A stretch of DNA of 64,000 nt from Chrysomallon squamiferum (Eukaryota; Animalia; Mollusca): NCBI GenBank assembly GCA_012295275.1, contig CM022673.1, forward strand, positions 23,808,001 to 23,872,000. Direction: 5' to 3'. A program made the position numbers and the translations under genes. This document shows, piece by piece, positions 55,775-64,000 of the stretch (the stretch's first letter is position 1; the number at the start of each line of letters is the position of its first letter). Below the pieces are notes generated by a model. That model was not told the DNA's origin and did no database searches. It was given only the letters and a program-made list of their open reading frames with translations.

Positions 55775-56589
55775 CAACAATTAACAATTGAATATGAATT
55801 AAAAAAAACGGCATGAACATTTATATATACGTAATACTTAACACCCATAGTTACGTACATATATACTTTATACAGATACACTCATATATACTTCAACACA
55901 TATACATTTTCATACATCTGCTAATACACACATATACACAGGCCATTATGTACACTGACCTCGTCTGCTTTTACAGTAAGGTTTTTCATAATTTTCGTCA
56001 TCGTCTGAAGTAGGCGGGGAGCTTGAGGACACGGAGTCGAGACTCGCTGGTCGCTCCAGGTGTCTGGGTATGTTCAAACGTTCTTCTTTTCCTGTGAAAG
56101 TTTTGTTGAGAAATTTTAACAACAAACAACAACAAAAAACCCCCCAAAACAAACAACAGCAGCAGCAATAACAACAACTATAACAACAACAATAACAACA
56201 AACAACAAAAAAAAAAAACAACCCAAAACAAACAACAGCAGCAATAACAACAACAATAACAATAACAACATAATAAAAACAACAAACAAACAACAATAAC
56301 AATAATAACAACAGTAACAATAGCAATAATAATAATAATAATAAAAAGATGAAGAAGAGGAAGAAGAAGAACAATAACGACAGTAATAATAACAAGAAAT
56401 AAATTAAAATCGTACGATGAATAAAAAGAAAAGGAATACAACCAAAAGACTTGGATAAAAGTAGCATACTCAATGGCTTGGTAAATTATAAAAACTTACT
56501 GTCGTCGTTGTTGTAGTTGTCAGGGCTGGTGCTGTCGCTGTCGCTGGAATCCTCATCAAGAAATGATAGGTCATCGTAATCGAACACAA

Positions 56590-56633
<44 letters not shown>

Positions 56634-57020
56634 TAAATAAATAAATAAATAAAGATAGTAATAATAATAACAACAACAGTTATAACAATTGCAGTATCAA
56701 CAACAAAAACAACTACAACGACAATAAAAGATTATTTCCACGTTTTCCGAGAATTAAAAATATTACCAGTTATTTTAACATTTTTTCCAGGACATTCATG
56801 TTGCATAAAATTTTATTACGGTATTTACCTAGTACACTCACATTTCGTAGGATCTCCACATTTCCCGGGAATACGATCATTAATAGACCGATTCAGTATT
56901 TCCCCGAGAATCCGAGTAACAGGAAATACTCGCGTCATCTTCTTTAAGGTACATTTTTGATTGTTATCCTTTTGTTTTGTTTATCTTTCCTTTCCTTTTC
57001 TTTCTTGTTTTTAATATTAA

Positions 57021-57066
<46 letters not shown>

Positions 57067-57596
57067 GTTATTATTATTATATTCATTAATTCCTAAAAAT
57101 AAATCAATAAACATATTCAAAATGAAAAATTTAATAATAATAATAATATTAATAATAATAATTTCAAAATTATATTTGTTTGTTTCACTCTTTCTTTGGA
57201 AGGTGTTGATAAATTTAGTTATATAAATATGTTTAAACATCGTATCCAACAAAGAGAATACACTTAGCCCAGTAAAATGTTAAAGTTTTTAATTCTAGAT
57301 ATTGACACCAAAAATACGCCATATAATAAACCAGATAAACATTAATAACTCCGATATTTATTTATTTGTTTGTTTGTGTTTTATTTATTTATTTATACTT
57401 TATTTTTTACTTACTGATTAATTAATTAATTTATTTACTGATTTATATTATTTGTATGTTTGTTTATTTATTTATTTGTTTGTTTATTTAAAATAGTTAT
57501 GTATTTTTTCTTCATCTTAATTATATACAAATGATACAACCAGCACTACAACCAATATTATTTTTGTATTATTATTTATTATTATTAATATTATTA

Positions 57597-57637
<41 letters not shown>

Positions 57638-57685
57638 TCATTAATTCCTAAAAATAAATAAATAAACATATTCAAAATGAATTAT

Positions 57686-57732
<47 letters not shown>

Positions 57733-59323
57733 CAAAAATTAAAATTATTTGTTTGTTTCTCTCTTACTTTGGAAGTTGTTGATAAATTTAGTTATATAAA
57801 TATGTTTAAACATCGTATCCAACAAAGAGAATACACTTAGCCCAGTAAAATGTTAAAGTTTTTAATTCTAGATATTGACACCAGAAATACGCCATATAAT
57901 AAACCAGATAAACATTAATAACTCCGATATTTATTTATTTGTTTGTTTGTGTTTTATTTATTTATTTATACTTTATTTTTTACTTACTTTTATTTATTTA
58001 TTTATTTACTGATGTATATTATTTGTATGATTGTTTATTTATTTATTTGTTTGTTTATTTAAAATAGTTATATATTCTTTCTTCATCTTAATTATATACA
58101 ATTGATACAACCAGCACTACAACAAATATTATTTTTTTATTATTATTTATTATTATTATTATTATTATATTATTATTATTATTATTATTATTATCTATTG
58201 CTATTACTATTATTATATTTTTATTATTATTATTATTATCTATTGCCTATTACTATTATTATATTTTTTAGTAATATTATTATTATTATTAACTGTACAA
58301 TTTAGCGGTTCTACTCACCACTTAAATTGTCGTCGTCGTCGTTGGATTCTTCTTTCATGGCGTCGCACATTTGTTGATTCATTAATATTTGTAGAACGCT
58401 AGTACCGGCGTCGCCTACGTGAATATAGAAAATTACTTTTTAACATGCTTGATGAAGTTATAAAATAATTTAATTTTCATGTGAAATAATTTGAACAAAT
58501 ACCTTTCTTCTTTAATTTTCATATATGGGTGTTTGTATGTATTTCATTTGAAGTGAAACTATTTGTATTGCTTCTTCTTCTTCTTCTTCTTGTATTTTTT
58601 ACTTACTTTATAAAAACACAAATAGTTCATAATGCTTTGCTATATTTAATATAATATTCTCACTTTGATTATTTTTAATGGGTGTCGAATACAAAGTTGT
58701 GTATTTAGGAGTTTCTGAGTAGTCTTCTTCTATTTGTTGATAGTCATATATCTCAACAGCCTGACATTCCTCCAAGTAAAATTCTGAAGTAATAATAATA
58801 GTAACAACAACAATAAATAATAATAATAATAATAATAATAATCCTTTTCTCCAAGAAAAACCGTTAAATAATAATAATAGTAACAACAACAACAATAAAT
58901 AATAATAATAATAATAATAAGTTGTGGTGGTAGTAATAATAGCAAATAAATGCAGTTAAAAAATAACGAAATGATAAATAATTGATTTTCTTTCCTATGA
59001 CAGATGAGAAATTAACATTATATTATTTTATTTTTATTGCTAAATTATTGTAAATTTAAAATAAGAACAGGTATCAAACCTGGCGAGAAATAGTCGTTAT
59101 GAATTATTTCGGAAACATCATGTAAGGTAGCTTCTGCTTCAGCAATCGTGTGAAATAACGAGTGTGGCCGGGCCTAAATTAAAGAGTGATAATTCCTTCA
59201 TTCCTCCTCATATTATTATCAAGTTAAAAGAAAATATTACAGAACAACATTAATTATATTAATGACGATAATAATAACTATGTTTTTTTCTTTTTTTTCT
59301 TTGAGATTGTAATATGGAAAAAC

Positions 59324-59365
<42 letters not shown>

Positions 59366-59770
59366 AATAAATAAAAAAGAACAGAATAAACAAATAAATA
59401 AATAAAAGGAAAACATGAATGTCAGATGGGATAAATTAATAATAATAACAACAACAAAAACAACAACAACATCAATGTATTTTATGAATTTTTCTTAGAC
59501 CATAATTTTATTGTTATTATTATTATCAAGTTCAAACAATTAATATTATGTTGGATATTTAAAAGTTGCACAGATTTCGTAAAGAATATTTATATTTCTG
59601 ATATTTAATGAGAAATTTAATAAACGACAGAATACAGAAAAACAAATATAAAATTAAATTAAATTAAAATTGAAATATTAAAAAATCCCAGAAAGACATT
59701 TAGTGTATAAACCTTGCATGGGTGTTTATAAAATTTAGAAAATATTCACCTGTCTAGTACAAACAGCCAT
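55112..59770 (-). CDS. ETS-domain transcription factor (probably ESE/ELF-like). Exons: 59770-59750, 59173-59080, 58783-58664, 58414-58319, 56589-56500, 56091-55960, 55620-55434, 55211-55112
   Basis: C-terminal ETS domain LLWRFLLQMLDQRSDIIKWTDVATGKFKFVN...[41 protein letters not shown]. Upstream acidic exons join in frame via GT-AG sites. The 5' exons are less certain than the ETS exons. Confidence 0.88.
57020..58200. repeat. ~560-575-bp tandem duplication in an ETS gene intron
   Basis: Near-identical blocks, e.g. catcgtatccaacaaagagaatacacttagcccag at 57238 and 57811, bounded by (TTA)n tracts. Confidence 0.95.
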
Positions 59771-59986
59771 GTTTACATACCCACTGAAAAAAATAAAAAA
59801 ATAATATCATTCTGAAAGAATAAATAATGCAGCATAACAACATAACATAACGCAATATATGTAATGCTATAAAATAAAGTTAGTAGCTGTAAAAGTAGTA
59901 TGTAGTAGTAGTAGCAGCAGTAGTAGTAAGGTAAATAATAATACTATTACCACCACCTCTACTACTACTAGTACTTCTACTATGTC

Positions 59987-60023
<37 letters not shown>

Positions 60024-60668
60024 TAATAATAATAATGATAATTATTAATTATAACGTTCATACAGTAATAAATAAATAAATAAATCAGTCTGAAACTAAA
60101 AAAATTAAAAACGACAACAACAAAATATAAAAAAAAAACACCCACTCAACACAAACAAAAACAAAACTATTAACAAGGCGACAAACTGTGTTTCGGTGTA
60201 CAAAATTAATAATTATTTTCATTGCACTAGCCTACCTGTAAGCATATAATAATTTGTGAGTTTTATCGTTTGAATAACTAGACGTAATTTGATATGGCGC
60301 TTTCACCTCTTCAGAAAATACCTCTACAGTAAGTTGTGATATATCATGACGCTTCTGACGAAGCACTTTTTAACAGTGACACGATATTATTGCGCCAAGA
60401 GATAATACATAGTGCACTAATTATATATATATATTATCTATTTAGCCTACTAATACACACACACACACACATGCACGCATGCACACGCATGCACACACAT
60501 ACACATACAGATTTAAAGAAGAAATGTTTATTTTAAATATCTAAGCACAAAAGCATAGATGGCATTTTACATGTCTCATATAGGTATAAAAATTAATATT
60601 TTAGTTATAAAATATATTAAAATGTCTAAAAAATACTACTACTACTATTACTACTAATAATAACAATA

Positions 60669-61239
60669 CCGTATATACTTGTGTACAAGGCGACATTATG
60701 TATAAGTCGATGTGTATTTTAAGACCAAAAATTGCGTCATTTTAGGTATTACTTGTGTATAAGTCGACTGTAGATTCCAGGCACCATCACTATTTTTAGA
60801 CCAGTGTGACAGTGCCATGAAGGCCTACATTGTACGCCTACTGTAACATAACTTGCACGAACATACCATAATAACGTAAATGCATGTATTACACGAGCTA
60901 TAGCCTAAATCATTGCAAGACGCCGTAAGGCATAACGCCGTACTGACGGTTTTCTCGCTTTAAAATGTATTTTTATGTCATTAAACGGAAGAATATCATG
61001 TTTTGCATTCATATTTGGTTTTGTTATTTAATTTTTCAAAATTTTTTATACGATAAAATTATATTTTTGAAAAGCTGAAAGACCGCGATTATTTTAGATG
61101 CATCCCGTAGCAAAAAAATAGTCAAAATGGCGACTCTTCAGCAACAGCTACAAAAGCATTACCTATGTATAAGTCGACCCCCAAAATATTACCTTAATAT
61201 AGTCTCCCAAAAATTCGACTTATACACAAGTATATACGG
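60669..61239. mobile_element. Non-autonomous Tc2/pogo-like DNA transposon (MITE), 571 bp
   Basis: TIRs ccgtatatacttgtgta... / ...tacacaagtatatacgg, TA on both flanks (60667-60668, 61240-61241), internal copies of gtataagtcga, no transposase. Confidence 0.85.
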
Positions 61240-61624
61240 TAATTGTAACAACCTCAACAATATCAATAATAATAATAAATTGTTTCTGTATATATATATA
61301 TATATATTGTATACTACTAATAATAATATCTATGATAATGAAGATCACTATCATCATACCAGATAAATTGATTATCATATATTTAGATTATATAAAATTA
61401 TTTTAAATTAAATAAAATAAAAATAAAATGCAGTGCAATAATTTAATGTAGTAATTATTTTAAGACTTTCTTGTGAAACTAATGATAAAAATGTGATTTT
61501 TTAAAAAGCATAACACTGATTTTAACACGCTATTACAACTCTGATTTTAATATAAATAAGTAAACAAATAAAAAAAAAACAAATAAATAAATAAATAAAT
61601 CTCTTCATAAAATGAATAATTTTA

Positions 61625-61745
61625 ATGCAAATATTGTAAAACACTTCATCAAATGAATGACTTTAATACAAATATTGTAAAACACTTCATCAAATACTTT
61701 GACTGTAATGCAAATATTCTAAAACACTTCATCAAATGAATGTAA
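61625..61745. repeat. ~41-bp tandem repeat, 3 copies
   Basis: caaatattgtaaaacacttcatcaaat repeated. Confidence 0.85.
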
Positions 61746-61959
61746 TTATTCTGAACTAAAAATTAAAAAATATATAAATTTTAAACCTCATCTTTGCTCA
61801 TTTCTGTTCATTAAACATGATATACGTAACATTCTGTTATTTATTTATTTATTTATTTAGTGATTTGTGATTTCAGTTTTTAACAAAGATGTTTTCCTGT
61901 ATATATTTGATTTCTCAGTTGACGTTTAAATTTCTGATTAATTTGTTAAGGCCAAATGT

Positions 61960-62200
61960 ATAGATTACTATGAGTCAGTCTGGTTTTCCGCTTCTTCGGA
62001 AATCTGATAATAACGTATCATATATATATAAAATGAGTCAAGGAAAATCCCCACTGCAACGAAATCCCGAGAATGTGATCGTAGTGTGTCCCTATAAATA
62101 GAAATGCAGGAAATTTGTCGTCTGCTCGCTGATGGTTGGCCGACAGGCGTTCAGCTGCAAACAGCCATTACTGAGCTGGTTCAGTAAAAAAAAAAAACGT
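61960..62200. promoter_or_regulatory. Candidate inducible enhancer upstream of the ETS gene (AP-1 + NF-kB motifs)
   Basis: TGAGTCA at 61971 and 62034; GGAAAATCCCC (= GGGGATTTTCC) at 62042-62052; locally CpG-rich. Confidence 0.45.
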
Positions 62201-63072
62201 GATATTTTCTCCGCTAATAGGGGAAATGAGTATCTGCTAATTCCGATTGTCTAATTCGCGTATGTTTTAAACTGATAATATTTTTGTTATTATTTTAACA
62301 AAGTAATTTTAATAATTTTAGTTGTTTAATATGAAATATTGAAAATACTTCCAATTCTGAATATTAAAATGTTAAAACATTTTTAGTTTATAGAAGGTTT
62401 TTGTCGTGATCGATAGTGGCAGTCGAGAAGGAATCGGCACGTTCACGCACACGCACTGTGACAAAATGTCGCTGCCACACGGTTGGAACGAATGAGTGGC
62501 AGTATACCGCGTTATCTTTGAAATCAAATACTTTAATATTTATCTATGTTCAGAAAATCATAGTATAGCTGTGTATTTGAAACTGAATAGATACAAAAAT
62601 CAATAAACATGTAAATCAATTAAAATAACACATAGAGGTATTAATAATGCAATAGTAAATATTGATTAGACTTAGTGGCAGGCCTACTAGTAGTAATTAA
62701 TGTAGTAGTTGTAACAGTTGCTTTCGTAGGAGAATCAAAATTTCTGTTGTTGTCTTTTTCTTAGTGATAGTAATAATCATAACAGAAGTAGAAAAAACTC
62801 TTAGGTTAATTCCTTACAACAGCTCTAGTGATAACAGCAACGACGACATACTCTTGTGATTTTGAAACAATATAATTATTATTGACTTGTAAACAAAACA
62901 CTATAAACTATTCCAGTTTTATCAACATGCAAGCATTCGCCCATTATAATGGAGATTTTCAAGAATAACTTAACAACAAGGAAGATATTTATTTGACTCA
63001 AGTTCTTATGCAACAGTATTAAATTATGTTCATCATTAAAATATTACCAAAATTGTCAACAACTGTTTTTCA

Positions 63073-63139
63073 GTTTGTCTATCACAGTGGCATAACTGTA
63101 CATAATTATTATTCTTCATATTCTGTGATCAAACTAATA

Positions 63140-63176
<37 letters not shown>

Positions 63177-63239
63177 TGATCACAGAATATGAAGAATAAT
63201 AATTATGTACAGTTATGCCATTGTGACAAACTCAAAAAC

Positions 63240-63286
<47 letters not shown>

Positions 63287-63365
63287 TAATTAACAATAAT
63301 AAAATGATCACAGAATATGAAGAATAATAATTATGTACAGTAATGCCATTGTGACAGACAAACTC
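63073..63365. repeat. Foldback: ~58-bp arm plus two tandem inverted copies separated by (AAT)n
   Basis: tggcataactgtacataattattattcttcatattctgtgatca (to 63131) versus tgatcacagaatatgaagaataataattatgtacagttatgcca at 63177 and again at 63305. Confidence 0.92.
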
Positions 63366-63539
63366 TAAAACATAATCTAAACACGCGATATACAGTACGG
63401 CCTATTAATACTTTGTAAAATAGGTTGCAGGGTACTTAGCAACAGTCAAGTGTATCTTAATTTCAATCTGGACAAAGCTCAGCACGCCATTTTATTGTCA
63501 TTGTCACAACTGGTAGACTGTATACTTATTTATACTTAT

Positions 63540-64000
63540 TTATTTATGTATGTTTGTATGCATGTATGTATGTACGTATGTATGTAAGTATGTGTGTTTT
63601 GTGTATGTGAGTATGTATGTATATGTGAATGTGTTTATATATGTATGTATGTATGCATTTGTGTATGTATGTGTATATGTATGTATGCATGTTTGTATGT
63701 ATGTGTATATGTATGTATGCATGTGTGTCTGTGAGTATGTGTGTATGTATTTATGTATATATGCATGTATGTATCTATATCTGTATGTGTTTATGTATGT
63801 ATGTATGTGTGTATATGTATATATATATGCGTGCATGTGTGTATGTATGTATGTATATGTATTTATGTGTGTATGTGTATTTGCATGCATGTATATGTGT
63901 ATGAATGTATATATACATATATATGTATATGTATGTATTTGTATATACGTATGCATATGTATATGTATGCATATGTATACAAAAATATGTTTATATGTAA
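63540..64000. repeat. Degenerate (TATG/TG)n microsatellite
   Basis: Directly visible; source of several spurious ORFs. Confidence 0.95.

Noticed and set aside
52835-64000. Many poly-Leu/Ile/Val/Tyr/Cys ORFs
   Set aside because: They derive from (AAT)n, (ACT)n, (AAC)n and (TATG)n microsatellites.

Overview
AT-rich, intron-rich animal genomic DNA. It looks like a lophotrochozoan/mollusc-type genome, but that taxon call is inference only. I assembled six protein-coding genes by hand from splice sites and reading frame: the 3' part of MED25 (+), FBXO47 (-), ELP4 (+), a receptor-type KIM-domain tyrosine phosphatase of the PTPRR/PTPN5/PTPN7 family (-), a tetraspanin (-), and an ETS factor of probable ESE/ELF class (-). 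Introns and intergenic DNA carry many minisatellites, microsatellites and small DNA-transposon relics, and most ORFs in the supplied track are artefacts of these. I found no clear-cut new molecular system. The best leads are: (1) a recurring class of tandem repeats seeded exactly on splice sites; (2) a 1-nt frame break separating the phosphatase's transmembrane part from its ERK-docking/catalytic part; (3) a candidate (TG)n-guarded poison exon in MED25; (4) a probable GC-AG intron in ELP4; (5) a NAGNAG acceptor inside the KIM motif; (6) possible ancient PTP-tetraspanin-ETS microsynteny.
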